Shown here piece after piece: positions 28,288 through 38,339 of a stretch of DNA of 64,000 bases. Source of the stretch: Candidatus Omnitrophota bacterium (GTDB lineage: Bacteria > Omnitrophota > Gorgyraeia > Duberdicusellales > 4484-171); contig JBAWWL010000005.1 in the NCBI GenBank assembly GCA_037146775.1, positions 102,241-166,240 of the forward strand, written 5' to 3'. Below the pieces are notes generated by a model, which saw only the letters and a program-made list of their open reading frames with translations, was not told where the DNA came from and made no database searches. The first letter of the stretch is position 1. Each line of letters opens with the position of its first letter. Both the position numbers and the translations under genes were made by a program.

Positions 28288-29451
28288 TTAAGCAGGAATG
28301 ATTTTATTTTTGCCTTCGCGTTTGGCTTGATAGAGGGCGGCATCGGCTTTTTGGGCAAGCGTGTATTTGTCTGTGCCGTCTTGCGGGTAATTGGAGAGGC
28401 CGATACTGACGGTAAGCCGTGTACTTAAAATTATTTTTTCTGCTAAAGCTTTTCTAATCCGTTCTCCGGTTTGCAGCGCTTCTTCTTTGCTTGTCATCGG
28501 CAGGATAATAGAGAATTCTTCTCCTCCGTAGCGGCAGAGAATGTCTGCTTGGCGGCTATTTTCTCTTAAGACTTCGCTTACTTTTTTGAGCGCTTCATCA
28601 CCCTGGATATGTCCATGAGTATCGTTGAAGTGTTTAAAATCATCGAGGTCAATCATGATGAGCGAAAGCGGGTAATTTTTTAATTTTGCCTTTGTCAGCT
28701 CTTCGTCAAATTTATACTGAAAGTAGCCATGATTCCAGAGTGAAGTGAGCGTATCGGTGTGTACTTTGATGAGCGTATCTTCGAAGGCCCGGGAATTCTC
28801 CAGCGCCCCGGTCGCCTGTTCTACAAACATATTGAAAATACGCATGTCTGATTCCACGATCGTTTTTTTAGTCACGTAGTTGTCGACAATAATGACCCCT
28901 TGAGGTTTATCTTTGAGCCAGAGCGACGCAATCAGAAATTCCTTCAGCTGCAGTTGCTTAATAAGCGGGTCATTGCACAGCTCGAGAGTTTTCTCTTCTT
29001 TAATGTGGAGCGTGCCTTTTTCCCACAAGGTGTTAAAAATAAAACCACTTTCCGAGTTGAGCGGGAAAGAAAGTGATCGTATAAACTCTAGAAATTTCAG
29101 TTTGATTTTTCCTTCTTTAATGCAATGGTACGTTTTGATAAGGTCGTAGAGGTCCATCTTTTGTTGTTCGATACTGCGCCAGATTGTATTCGCCTCTTGC
29201 ATATCTACCGGGCCGATTCCCATAAAGCCGTCTATGGTTTTATCTCTTTCGTCGATCAAAAAGAGGCTGGCGCGGTTAAATGAAAGGCCTTCGTGGGCGG
29301 TGAGTCCGGTGAGAATGATATATGCTATTTCTTCCAACCGCAGCGTCGTTCTCATCGCCTTATTCAGTTCGTAGAAAATATAAAGCTGAGAACGGGTCTT
29401 TTCCAGCTCTTCCTGCAGTTTCTTTATCTGCTCTTCTAGTTGATATTCCAT
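28288..29451 (-). CDS. GAF-domain diguanylate cyclase (GGDEF)
   Basis: C-terminal 'RYGGEEFSIILP' GGDEF active-site motif, an upstream GAF-like domain and an N-terminal coiled coil. The start was chosen at the ATG at 29451 to avoid overlap with divergent queA. The ORF track extends to 29586. Confidence 0.75.
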   Translation of the reverse strand: MEYQLEEQIKKLQEELEKTRSQLYIFYELNKAMRTTLRLEEIAYIILTGLTAHEGLSFNRASLFLIDERDKTIDGFMGIGPVDMQEANTIWRSIEQQKMDLYDLIKTYHCIKEGKIKLKFLEFIRSLSFPLNSESGFIFNTLWEKGTLHIKEEKTLELCNDPLIKQLQLKEFLIASLWLKDKPQGVIIVDNYVTKKTIVESDMRIFNMFVEQATGALENSRAFEDTLIKVHTDTLTSLWNHGYFQYKFDEELTKAKLKNYPLSLIMIDLDDFKHFNDTHGHIQGDEALKKVSEVLRENSRQADILCRYGGEEFSIILPMTSKEEALQTGERIRKALAEKIILSTRLTVSIGLSNYPQDGTDKYTLAQKADAALYQAKREGKNKIIPA

Positions 29452-29558
29452 ATAAAATAGTAAATAACATAATTCCGGGTAAAAGTCAACTTTTCTCGCA
29501 ATCGTGAGAGTTTTATTGCTGCTTTTCTTTTCCTTACTATCTGATACAATAACCTCCC

Positions 29559-30605
29559 ATGGATGACCGTGCATTTCATATATCAAATTTTGAGTACGCC
29601 TTACCTTCCTGTTTGATCGCTCAGGAACCGGCTATGCCTCGTGATAGCTCTCGCCTTTTGATCGTTAATAGAAAAGAGCATACGATAGAAGAGGGGAGCT
29701 TTGGGGATATTGTTGCTTTTTTACACAAGGGCGACGTTTTAGTTTTGAATGATACCAGAGTGATGCGCGCAAAGCTCTTGGGTAAAAAGAAAAGCGGTGC
29801 GGTGATAGATGTTCTCCTTTTAAAAGAAAAAGATAAGAACACCTGGGAGGCGCTGGTAAAGCCAGGCAAGCGTGCCCGGATTGGAGAAACAATTCTTTTT
29901 GAGGATAACGGCCTTGCCGCTTCCGTGGTCGATACCACACCTCAGGGCGGCCGGCTTTTGCGATTTTCCTCAAGTGATGTGCCCGCGCATCTAGAGCGTT
30001 TGGGCAAGGCGCCATTACCGCCCTATATCAAAAAGGATATTGATGACGCCGATAAGTATCAAACTGTCTATGCGCGTAAACAAGGTGCGGTGGCTGCCCC
30101 GACCGCAGGCCTGCATTTTACTCCCGGCCTATTGGACGAAATTGAGAAAAAAGGCATACTTACAGTACGCATTACGCTTCATTGCGGTTTAGCTACGTTT
30201 CGGCCGGTTAAAACCGACGATATACGCAAGCACATAATAGAGCCTGAGTGGATAGAAGTTTCTTCCGAAACCGCAAAAATAGTTAATCAAGCAAAACGCG
30301 CAGGTTCGCGGATCGTTGTCGTAGGCACAACTTCCATAAGAACGTTGGAGAGTTTATCTTGTGTCGATGAACACGGGGTGGCTCTCCTTAGCCCTTTTTC
30401 GGGGGAAACTCGTCTTTATATTGTTCCCGGCTATAGTTTTAAGATGGTAGACTCGGTTATCACCAATTTTCATACTCCCCGCTCGACCAACCTTATCTTG
30501 ATTGCTTCTTTTTGCGGTCAGGATCTGTTAAAAAAAGTTTATCAGTACGCTATCAAACAAAACTTCCGTTTTTTCAGCTTTGGCGATGCCATGCTGATCG
30601 TCTAA
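29559..30605 (+). CDS. queA: S-adenosylmethionine:tRNA ribosyltransferase-isomerase
   Basis: 'FEYALPSCLIAQEPAMPRDSSRLLIV...VLVLNDTRV...' is full-length QueA-like. Confidence 0.9.
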   Translation: MDDRAFHISNFEYALPSCLIAQEPAMPRDSSRLLIVNRKEHTIEEGSFGDIVAFLHKGDVLVLNDTRVMRAKLLGKKKSGAVIDVLLLKEKDKNTWEALVKPGKRARIGETILFEDNGLAASVVDTTPQGGRLLRFSSSDVPAHLERLGKAPLPPYIKKDIDDADKYQTVYARKQGAVAAPTAGLHFTPGLLDEIEKKGILTVRITLHCGLATFRPVKTDDIRKHIIEPEWIEVSSETAKIVNQAKRAGSRIVVVGTTSIRTLESLSCVDEHGVALLSPFSGETRLYIVPGYSFKMVDSVITNFHTPRSTNLILIASFCGQDLLKKVYQYAIKQNFRFFSFGDAMLIV

Positions 30606-30737
30606 TCCTTTCGTTCAAGCCAGATTTTCAAGCAAACAGGGAGATTTTAGGCGTATCGGTAAGTTACCCGCAAGGAGCATTAAGTCATAAGTCACTCATG
30701 GTGAGCGGGTTAAAGATTAAAAAAAAGACAGTTATTG

Positions 30738-30775
30738 CATTGACGAACCGTTTTATTTCTAATATAATAAACATT
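30738..30775 (+). promoter_or_regulatory. Sigma70-like promoter upstream of the EF-G paralog
   Basis: TTGACG-N17-TATAAT ('ttgacgaaccgttttatttctaatataat'), about 100 nt upstream of the start codon. Confidence 0.45.
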
Positions 30776-30874
30776 CTACGAACAACATAACGCACCAGCC
30801 TTTTGAGGCACGCTTTTTGGGGTGAGTTGCGGCGGTGAAGGCTGTGGTGGATTTACCTACAAGGGAGGAGTGCT

Positions 30875-32884
30875 ATGCGAGAGGACCTAAATAAAAAAAA
30901 GGTTTTTCTTTTGTGTGGGCATGCTCAGTCGGGTAAGACTTCAATCTGTGAAACACTTCTTTTTAAATGTGGTGCCACCAGCCGGCTCGGTAAGATCGAC
31001 GAGGGTACCACTGTCAGTGATTACGAAGAAGACGAAAAAGAGCGCAAGAGCTCAATCAATATGTCGGTGCTTTATGCGGAATATAAAGATAATTTCTTGC
31101 AGTTTATCGATGTGCCGGGGTATCTTGATTTTATCGGTGAATTAAATTGCGCTGCCAGAGCCGTTGACTTTGCCGCCTTGGTTGTCGATGCTTCCGGCGG
31201 AGTTGAGGTGGGAACGGAAAAGGCATGGGAAATTATCAGGAAAGAAAATTTACCGTGTTTTTTTATCGTCAATAAAATCGACAAGGAAAATACCAGTTAC
31301 GAAAAAACCGTGGAAGACATTCGTAACGGTCTTACCAAAAAAGCCATACCGTTCGCTACGCCGGATAAAGGAAAGATTATCAGCGTCCTTAAAGATAAAA
31401 GTAATCCGTATTACGGACAAATTGTCGAGGCTGTTGCGGAAACCGACGATGCGCTTTTGACGAAGTATTTAGAGAAGGGTACGTTGGAGGAGCAAGAATT
31501 AATAGCAGCCCTGAAAAAGGCTGTTCTCGGTGCGCAGATTTTTCCGGTAATTCCTTTTACGGCTCTCCAGGCACAGGGTATAGATACGCTTTTAGAAACA
31601 CTTTTAGAAGATATGCCCTCGGTTGCTCAAGGCCGGCCGCGGCAGGCAAAGAATACCAAGACAAATGAGATGGTAACCATCGAACCAAAAACCAACGCCC
31701 CATTAGCCATGCAAATTTTTAAAACAGTAATTGATCCGTTTGTCGGCCAGCTGAATATTTTCAGGGTTTTTGCAGGCAAGATCGCGTCAGGCTCTGAAGT
31801 TATGAATTCTAGCAAGAAAGAAAAAGAAAAAATCAGTCAGTTGTATCTTATGCAGGGAAAACAACAAGTTCCCCAGGAAGCACTCTGCAGCGGAGATATA
31901 GGAGCGTTGGCAAAACTGAGGGTCACTACTACGCAGGATACATTCTGTGAAGTTAACAATCCGCTTGAGTTTTCGTTAATAGAATTTCCTCTTCCTTCTT
32001 TTTCTGCTTCGGTGAAGCCAAAAACGCGCCAGGATGAAGATAAAATTTCCAGCGTGCTTTCTCGTCTTACCAGCGAAGATCAAACGTTTAAGGTATCGAG
32101 AGACTCACAGACTAAAGAGCTGATTATTTCTGGTATGGGAGAACTGCACCTGCACGTTATTATTGAACGAATGAAAAGAAGATATCAGGCAAATGTTGAG
32201 CTGGGAACGCCGAAAGTCGCATACCTGGAAACAGTCACCCGTTCGATTAAAGTGCAGGGCAAACATAAGAAACAATCCGGCGGCCGCGGCCAATACGGTG
32301 ATTGCTGGATAGAAGTTGAACCTAGAGAGCGCGGTAAAGGCTTTGAGTTTGTAGATAAAATATTTGGTGGCGCTATTCCGCGTAACTTTATTCCTTCTGT
32401 TGAGAAAGGGATAGTAAAAGCGCTCGACGAAGGAATACTTGCGGGTTATCCCGTCACTGATTTGAGAGTTATCCTCGTCGACGGTTCATATCACGACGTA
32501 GACTCTTCCGATATTGCTTTTCAGATAGCCGGTTCAATGGCATTTAAGAAAGCGCTTGAGCAAGCCGGCAGCGTGCTTCTTGAGCCGATTATGAACGTTG
32601 AGATCGTTGCTCCGGAAGAATTTATGGGCCAGATTACCGGTGATATTAATGCTCGCCGCGGAAGAGTAATGGGGATGGAAGTAAAAGGCAGAAATCAAGT
32701 AGTGAAAGCCCAAGTACCCCAGGTGGAAATGTTTAAGTATGCCTCCGATCTGCGTTCGTTTACCGGCGGACGGGGGAGTTATTCGATGCATTTCTCTCAT
32801 TACGAGATTGTTCCCGGCCGCCTATCTCAGGCAATTGTTGAGGGCGCAAAGAGAGAAACCGAAAAGGTTGCGAAGGTAGAATGA
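30875..32884 (+). CDS. Divergent EF-G family translational GTPase (EF-G paralog)
   Basis: G1 'GHAQSGKTS', G3 'DVPGYLDF', G4 'NKID'. Domains II-V are EF-G-like ('...ISGMGELHLHVIIERMKRRY...'). Confidence 0.8.
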   Translation: MREDLNKKKVFLLCGHAQSGKTSICETLLFKCGATSRLGKIDEGTTVSDYEEDEKERKSSINMSVLYAEYKDNFLQFIDVPGYLDFIGELNCAARAVDFAALVVDASGGVEVGTEKAWEIIRKENLPCFFIVNKIDKENTSYEKTVEDIRNGLTKKAIPFATPDKGKIISVLKDKSNPYYGQIVEAVAETDDALLTKYLEKGTLEEQELIAALKKAVLGAQIFPVIPFTALQAQGIDTLLETLLEDMPSVAQGRPRQAKNTKTNEMVTIEPKTNAPLAMQIFKTVIDPFVGQLNIFRVFAGKIASGSEVMNSSKKEKEKISQLYLMQGKQQVPQEALCSGDIGALAKLRVTTTQDTFCEVNNPLEFSLIEFPLPSFSASVKPKTRQDEDKISSVLSRLTSEDQTFKVSRDSQTKELIISGMGELHLHVIIERMKRRYQANVELGTPKVAYLETVTRSIKVQGKHKKQSGGRGQYGDCWIEVEPRERGKGFEFVDKIFGGAIPRNFIPSVEKGIVKALDEGILAGYPVTDLRVILVDGSYHDVDSSDIAFQIAGSMAFKKALEQAGSVLLEPIMNVEIVAPEEFMGQITGDINARRGRVMGMEVKGRNQVVKAQVPQVEMFKYASDLRSFTGGRGSYSMHFSHYEIVPGRLSQAIVEGAKRETEKVAKVE

Positions 32885-33570
32885 AGATAGCTACATTCGG
32901 TCTTGAGATACAACCTGGCAAATACAAATATACCTGCGAGTGTTTCGAAAAACTAGTTAAAAAGTTTTCACCGAAGAAAGAAACGCCCTATACGGTTGAA
33001 TGTGTTGGTGACGATTATGTCAAAGCCGATGCTATTGTGTTTGACAGCAATAAAAAATTGGATTTTATTTTTATCGATTTAGAAAAAATAGAAAACCGTG
33101 CCATGAGAACCGGTGAAGAGCAGGAGAAATTATTTCTTAAAAAATGCCAGGATCTGCTTGAGAAAGAGGAGCTTCTTTGCGAGCAGCAGTTTAGCGCTTC
33201 GGAGCAATCTTTTCTGAAAAATATTTCACCAGTAACATACAAGCCTTGTCTTGGGGTTCCGGCAGTCGAACATATAAATAAGCTTATCGAAGAGCTCATG
33301 CGTAAAGCCGGCGTCATACTTTTTTTTACTGCCGGAGAAAAGGAAGTCCATGCATGGGAAGTGGCGCGTGGCTCTACGATTGTTGAGGCCGCCGGTAAAA
33401 TTCATACCGACCTGGCCAGGGGTTTTATTAAGGGAGAAGTCACGCAATGCAAAGACTTGGATAAATTTTTTAATATGGCAGAGGCACGGGCTAAAGGATT
33501 CGTGAAAGTCGTTGATAAAAACTATATTATGGAAGAAGGCAATATCATTGAAATAAAATTCAGCGTCTAA
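32881..33570 (+). CDS. YchF/Ola1-like protein with degenerate G-domain and intact C-terminal TGS-like (YchF_C) domain
   Basis: The C-terminus 'FFTAGEKEVHAWEVARGSTIVEAAGKIHTDLARGFIKGEV...GNIIEIKFSV' closely parallels the YchF C-terminus. The N-terminal 'GLEIQPGKYKYT' stands in place of the P-loop 'GLPNVGKST'. It is translationally coupled (ATGA) to the EF-G paralog. Confidence 0.6.
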   Translation: MKIATFGLEIQPGKYKYTCECFEKLVKKFSPKKETPYTVECVGDDYVKADAIVFDSNKKLDFIFIDLEKIENRAMRTGEEQEKLFLKKCQDLLEKEELLCEQQFSASEQSFLKNISPVTYKPCLGVPAVEHINKLIEELMRKAGVILFFTAGEKEVHAWEVARGSTIVEAAGKIHTDLARGFIKGEVTQCKDLDKFFNMAEARAKGFVKVVDKNYIMEEGNIIEIKFSV

Positions 33571-33573
33571 CGG

Positions 33574-33600
33574 CACAGATTACAAAATCTGTGTAATCAG
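33574..33600. promoter_or_regulatory. Palindromic ACAGATT/AATCTGTGTAATC motif immediately upstream of purH
   Basis: 'cacagattacaaaatctgtgtaatcag' contains the exact 13-mer 'aatctgtgtaatc' (33586-33598) also found upstream of folE. Confidence 0.4.
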
Positions 33601-33609
33601 TGGTTTATT

Positions 33610-35124
33610 ATGTTAAAAATAAGAAGAGCTTTGATCAGTGTGTGGGAAAAAAAGGGTTTGGTTGAGTTCGCGCGAAAATTAGCCGAATGGAAGGTTGAGA
33701 TAATTTCTACCGGTAAAACCGCAACCATGCTGCGCTCCAGCGGCATCCCCGTTAAGGACGTATCCGCCGTTACTTCGTTTCCCGAAATTCTTTCCGGAAG
33801 AGTTAAAACTCTGCATCCAAAAATATTTGGCGGTATATTGGCGAACAAAAAACACCCTTTACACATGGAGGAGATAAAAAACCTGAGTATCCAGCCGATC
33901 GATATGACGGTAGTTAACCTGTATCCATTTATGCAAAAAATTGGTTCAAAATTGAACTTTGACGAAATGATGGAATATGTCGACATCGGCGGCTGTGCGT
34001 TGCTTCGGGCTTCGGCAAAGAATTTCAAAAATGTCGCCTGTCTCAGTTCCCCAGCGCATTATAAACTCGTACTTGAGGAGATGGAAAAAAATAAGGGCGA
34101 TATTAGCGAGGAGACACTTAAGTTTCTCGCACAAGAGGCTTTTTATGTAACCAAAGAATACGATTCCTGTATCTACAATTATTTTTCCGGCAGGGAAGTA
34201 TTGAATTGGGATTTGGAAAAGATAAATTCGCTGCGTTACGGAGAGAATCCCCATCAGACAGGAGCTCTTTATAAAACGGCCAAGGCCCAGGAATTAAAGT
34301 ATACACAGCTTCAGGGTAAAGAATTATCCTTCAATAATCTTCTTGATTTGGATACCGCCTTTATTATTGTGAGGGATTTTGTCGAGCCGGCAGTGGCTAT
34401 CGTCAAGCACGCTTCTATCTGCGGCGTGGGTGTTGACAGGCGCTTGCCGCACGCCTACAAAAAAGCCTATGTAGCCGATCCTATCTCCAGCTTCGGCGGT
34501 ATTGTCGGCATTAACAGGAAAGTTGACAAAGATACCGCCCAGCAATTTATAAAAAGCGATTTTAAGGAATGCGTGATTGCTCCTTCTTATTCTAAAGAGG
34601 CACTTAAGATTTTTTCTTCCAAGAAAAACCTGAGAGTACTCGAGGCAGATTTTCATCAGAAATTGAGTTATCAAGATATTAGGGCGACCGTTTTTGGCTA
34701 TCTCGTCCAGGACAGAGACGCTTTGCTTTTAGAAAAGGCAAGCATGAAGGTGGTTACGAAAAGAAAACCGACACAACAAGAACTTAAAGATATGTTTTTT
34801 GCCTGGAAGATTGCTAAATACGTAAAATCAAATGCTATTGTGATCGCTAAAAATGTTACTGTGTTAGGTATTGGAGGGGGGCAGCCGTCGCGAGTGGGCG
34901 CGGCGAAAATTGCTCTAGATCGTGCAGGAAAATCCTGCCGTGGGGCAGTGATTGCTTCCGATGGCTTTTTCCCAAAAGAAGATTCATTAAAAGTTGCGTA
35001 TAAAAAAGGGATCAGAGCCGTAATACAGCCAGGCGGCTCGATCAAAGACAATGACCTTATTGCGCTTTGTAATAAACTCAAAATAAGCATGGTATTTACG
35101 GGTATACGCCACTTCCGCCACTAA
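33610..35124 (+). CDS. purH: Bifunctional AICAR transformylase / IMP cyclohydrolase
   Basis: The MGS-like N-terminus 'RALISVWEKKGLVEFARKLAEWKVEIISTGKTA' followed by the AICARFT domain. Confidence 0.9.
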   Translation: MLKIRRALISVWEKKGLVEFARKLAEWKVEIISTGKTATMLRSSGIPVKDVSAVTSFPEILSGRVKTLHPKIFGGILANKKHPLHMEEIKNLSIQPIDMTVVNLYPFMQKIGSKLNFDEMMEYVDIGGCALLRASAKNFKNVACLSSPAHYKLVLEEMEKNKGDISEETLKFLAQEAFYVTKEYDSCIYNYFSGREVLNWDLEKINSLRYGENPHQTGALYKTAKAQELKYTQLQGKELSFNNLLDLDTAFIIVRDFVEPAVAIVKHASICGVGVDRRLPHAYKKAYVADPISSFGGIVGINRKVDKDTAQQFIKSDFKECVIAPSYSKEALKIFSSKKNLRVLEADFHQKLSYQDIRATVFGYLVQDRDALLLEKASMKVVTKRKPTQQELKDMFFAWKIAKYVKSNAIVIAKNVTVLGIGGGQPSRVGAAKIALDRAGKSCRGAVIASDGFFPKEDSLKVAYKKGIRAVIQPGGSIKDNDLIALCNKLKISMVFTGIRHFRH

Positions 35125-35240
35125 CCCAAAAAATGCATGCTTCGCAGGCATTTTTTGGGTTAATCTTTCTTTTTAAAAATATCACTCTGCTATTCGGAAT
35201 AAAAAACTATCGAAACAGATTTTAAAAAGTTCCACCGTCT

Positions 35241-36593
35241 ATGAAGCCGACAAAGATACATAGTTTTTCCGACGCCCAAGCCTATCTAAACAGCTTTGTT
35301 AACTATGAGCGTAACGTTAAATTTCCTTATGCGAAAACATTAAAATTAGACCGCGTCGAAACTCTTCTCGAGCGCCTGCGTATTTCTTATCAGTCCTTGA
35401 GAGTGATCCATATTGCCGGGACAAAAGGTAAGGGCTCAACCGCGTATTTCTGTGCGCACGTATTAGCCGCTTCCGGCTTTCGTGTGGGTTTGTATACCTC
35501 GCCGCATTTTTTTAATTTTAGGGAACGGATTGTGATCAAGAAGCCTGTGTGTAGCGGCCAGAGAACGGTGGTAAAAGATACTTGTATCGCAGAAAAGGAT
35601 GTGGTGGAGATAGTGCGTGGTATGCAACCAGAGCTGGAACGCTTACGTTATAAAAAAACGTTAGGGATGTTGAGCTTCTTTGAGGTATATACCGCTATAG
35701 CCTTTACATATTTTCTTAAAAACCATCTCGACTTTGTTGTCTTAGAAACCGGCCTCGGCGGCCGCCTCGACGCCACCAATGTCGTAACGCCTTTGTGTTC
35801 CGTTATCACTCATATCGGCTATGATCATATTGATACGCTTGGCACTTCTCTGGCCAGTATCGCGCGGGAAAAAGCCGGCATTATCAAACATGCGGTCCCG
35901 GTGATTGTCGCTTCACAGAGGGTATCCGTTTATCGTCAGATTCGTAAACGCGCTCTAAAGCAAAGGACTCCGGCATTTTTTTTCGGCCGCGAGATAAAGG
36001 CAACAGAGATCCGGCTTGGGAAAAACAGCACCACTTTTAATTTTCATTATAACGGTATTGCTTTGAAAAACATAAAAATATGTCTTCGCGGAAAATATCA
36101 AATCGAGAACGCCTCTTTAGCCATAGCGTCAATTATGGTATTGCAGCAACAGGGATATGTGAGAGGTTCCGTACTTTTTCGGCAAGGGCTTCGTGATGCA
36201 TTTGTGGCGGGGAGGTTCGAGACGGTTAAAAGAAACCCTCTGATCGTTGTCGATGTCGCGCACAATCCTTCTGCGTTTACCGCTTTGGCAGAAAATCTGA
36301 AATTATATTTTCCCGCAAAAAAAATAATTCTTATTTTTGCCGCCTCCCGCGATAAAGATGTCCGGCACATGCTCGATAAAATAAAATACACACAGCTTAT
36401 CCTTACCCGTTTTTCTAACCCCAGGTCATTTACGCCGGACGAGATAAGGTCGCGATGCCGTATAAAAAATACCTTGATAGCCAGTGACGTTAAGGAGGCC
36501 TTGGGTATGGCGAGACAGTTCTGTACCCGCGAACACGCGATCGTGATTAGCGGCTCGTTGTTTTTGGTAAGTGAGGCAAAAAGAATAGTGTAG
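35241..36593 (+). CDS. folC: Folylpolyglutamate synthase / dihydrofolate synthase
   Basis: Mur ligase fold with P-loop 'HIAGTKGKGST' and 'VLETGLGGRLDATNV'. Confidence 0.85.
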   Translation: MKPTKIHSFSDAQAYLNSFVNYERNVKFPYAKTLKLDRVETLLERLRISYQSLRVIHIAGTKGKGSTAYFCAHVLAASGFRVGLYTSPHFFNFRERIVIKKPVCSGQRTVVKDTCIAEKDVVEIVRGMQPELERLRYKKTLGMLSFFEVYTAIAFTYFLKNHLDFVVLETGLGGRLDATNVVTPLCSVITHIGYDHIDTLGTSLASIAREKAGIIKHAVPVIVASQRVSVYRQIRKRALKQRTPAFFFGREIKATEIRLGKNSTTFNFHYNGIALKNIKICLRGKYQIENASLAIASIMVLQQQGYVRGSVLFRQGLRDAFVAGRFETVKRNPLIVVDVAHNPSAFTALAENLKLYFPAKKIILIFAASRDKDVRHMLDKIKYTQLILTRFSNPRSFTPDEIRSRCRIKNTLIASDVKEALGMARQFCTREHAIVISGSLFLVSEAKRIV

Positions 36594-36704
36594 CCCATAA
36601 GGCGTTCAGTCAACGATCGGTGCGCCACCAGCTTCCCATAATCCGTTTACTGTGCCGACTTTATCGATAGACTTTCTGGAGACTTTGCACTACAATACAT
36701 AGCT

Positions 36705-38147
36705 ATGTATTATGGCCAATTGAAAAATTATAATTGTAAAGACACTATTGCTGCGATTGCGACATTTCCTGCCCAGTCAGCCATAGGTATCATTAAGATT
36801 TCCGGCAAACGTGCGATCTCTATTGTGTCAGGGGTTTTTCTATCCCGGAAAAAGAAGGATCTCAAAAAAGTAAAAACATATACATTGCATTACGGCTGGA
36901 TCGTAGAGAAATTAAAAGTAAAAAATCAAAAATCAAAAAAGAACGTAATGGTCGACGAAGTTTTGGTAAGCGTAATGAAAGGGCCTCGTTCATATACCAA
37001 AGAAGATGTTGTCGAGATATCCTGTCATGGCGGGCCGGCGGTATTACAGAAAATTTTAGAAATTATAATCCAACAAGGAGCGCGGCCGGCCTCGCCGGGG
37101 GAATTTACCTACCGAGCTTTTGTAAACGGCAGAATTGACCTCTTACAGGCGGAGGCGATAGCCAGTATCGTAGAAGCAAAAACTTCACATTCGCTTGAGC
37201 CGGCGATGCAGCAGCTAAGAGGCGAGGCTTCCGTCCGTTTGCAGGAGATAAAAGAAACGATAAAAGAACTTTTTAGCCACACTCAAGCACTGCTTGATTT
37301 TCCCGAAGATAATATCACGCTGAGCGTTTCTGCTGTTACCAAGAGGCTTGTCGTGGTCAAGAAAAAGCTGGATGCCATGCTCCAGGGCGGCACACGGGCC
37401 AGGATACTTAAGGAGGGTTTACGTTGTGTTATCTGCGGTAAAACTAACGTAGGCAAGTCGACTCTTTTTAATCGCCTCTTGAACCAGGAACGCGTTATTG
37501 TCAGCCGATTACCCGGTACTACCCGGGATGTTGTCGAAGAAACTATTTCCATAAGGGGCGTTCCTTTGCGTATATATGATACTGCGGGGATCCTTGAGCC
37601 GAAAGATTTGGTTGAAAAAAAAGCTGTTGAAAAATCATCACACGCTTTCCAGGAAGCGGATATGGTGCTTTTGATGCTTGATGGTTCGCGCAAACTGCAA
37701 AAAGCCGATAGATTTCTTTTAGAAAAGATTACGCAGGCGGTAAAAGCAGATACGGGCAAAAAAGTCATCGTTATTATTAATAAAACCGATTTGCGGCAGA
37801 AATTGGTGTGTGAGAATTTAACGGGAGCTTGTGTCCGTCTGGTGCGGGTGAGTGCCTTGAGGGATAAAGGAATTAAGAGTTTAGAGAAGGCAATAGTTGA
37901 CCTTGTCTATAAAGAGGGATTAAAGAGGGACGATATTATTTTTTTAAATCAGCTGCAGCGCAGAACCCTGGAAGAAGCAAATCTCAGCATAGCCGAAGCC
38001 CTTGAATATCTACGAAAAAGTTATACGATAGATTTTGTGCAGGCATCGTTGCAACAAGCCATTGATGCCATAGGCAGGATTAGCGGCGCGATACCCAACG
38101 AGGAAATTCTCAAAGAAATATTCAGTAGATTCTGTATCGGCAAATGA
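36705..38147 (+). CDS. mnmE: tRNA modification GTPase MnmE (TrmE)
   Basis: G-domain 'ICGKTNVGKSTLFN...DTAG', N-terminal THF-binding domain, and the C-terminal 'CIGK' motif. Confidence 0.9.
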   Translation: MYYGQLKNYNCKDTIAAIATFPAQSAIGIIKISGKRAISIVSGVFLSRKKKDLKKVKTYTLHYGWIVEKLKVKNQKSKKNVMVDEVLVSVMKGPRSYTKEDVVEISCHGGPAVLQKILEIIIQQGARPASPGEFTYRAFVNGRIDLLQAEAIASIVEAKTSHSLEPAMQQLRGEASVRLQEIKETIKELFSHTQALLDFPEDNITLSVSAVTKRLVVVKKKLDAMLQGGTRARILKEGLRCVICGKTNVGKSTLFNRLLNQERVIVSRLPGTTRDVVEETISIRGVPLRIYDTAGILEPKDLVEKKAVEKSSHAFQEADMVLLMLDGSRKLQKADRFLLEKITQAVKADTGKKVIVIINKTDLRQKLVCENLTGACVRLVRVSALRDKGIKSLEKAIVDLVYKEGLKRDDIIFLNQLQRRTLEEANLSIAEALEYLRKSYTIDFVQASLQQAIDAIGRISGAIPNEEILKEIFSRFCIGK

Positions 38148-38204
38148 GCACACAATAGACATCCCGCAAAGATCAGGATGTCTTGATTAAGAAGATTAGG
38201 GCAA

Positions 38205-38316
38205 GATTACACAGATTGTTTTAGAGAGAATCCCGCACATTTTGTTTAGAAACTCTTAATCTGTGTAATCGATTTTAAATCAGTGTAATCAGGTATAATC
38301 TTAATAAATTATACCT
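38205..38316. promoter_or_regulatory. folE leader: 13-bp perfect inverted repeat of the AATCTGTGTAATC motif plus -10-like palindrome
   Basis: 'gattacacagatt' (38205-38217) and 'aatctgtgtaatc' (38258-38270) are exact reverse complements. 'gtgtaatcag' occurs again at 38284-38293. 'ggTATAATcttaataaattatacc' holds a TATAAT inside an 8-bp inverted repeat. Confidence 0.4.
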
Positions 38317-38339
38317 AAAGATTATACCAGGAGGCAAAA

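Noticed and set aside
30512-30790. 92-aa + strand ORF in the queA to EF-G intergenic region
   Set aside because: It overlaps the queA 3' end and the predicted TTGACG-N17-TATAAT promoter. It has no RBS and a low-complexity translation.
33571-33609. ZTP or THF riboswitch upstream of purH/folE
   Set aside because: The purH leader is only about 39 nt long. Neither leader contains the pfl (ZTP) or folT (THF) consensus blocks.
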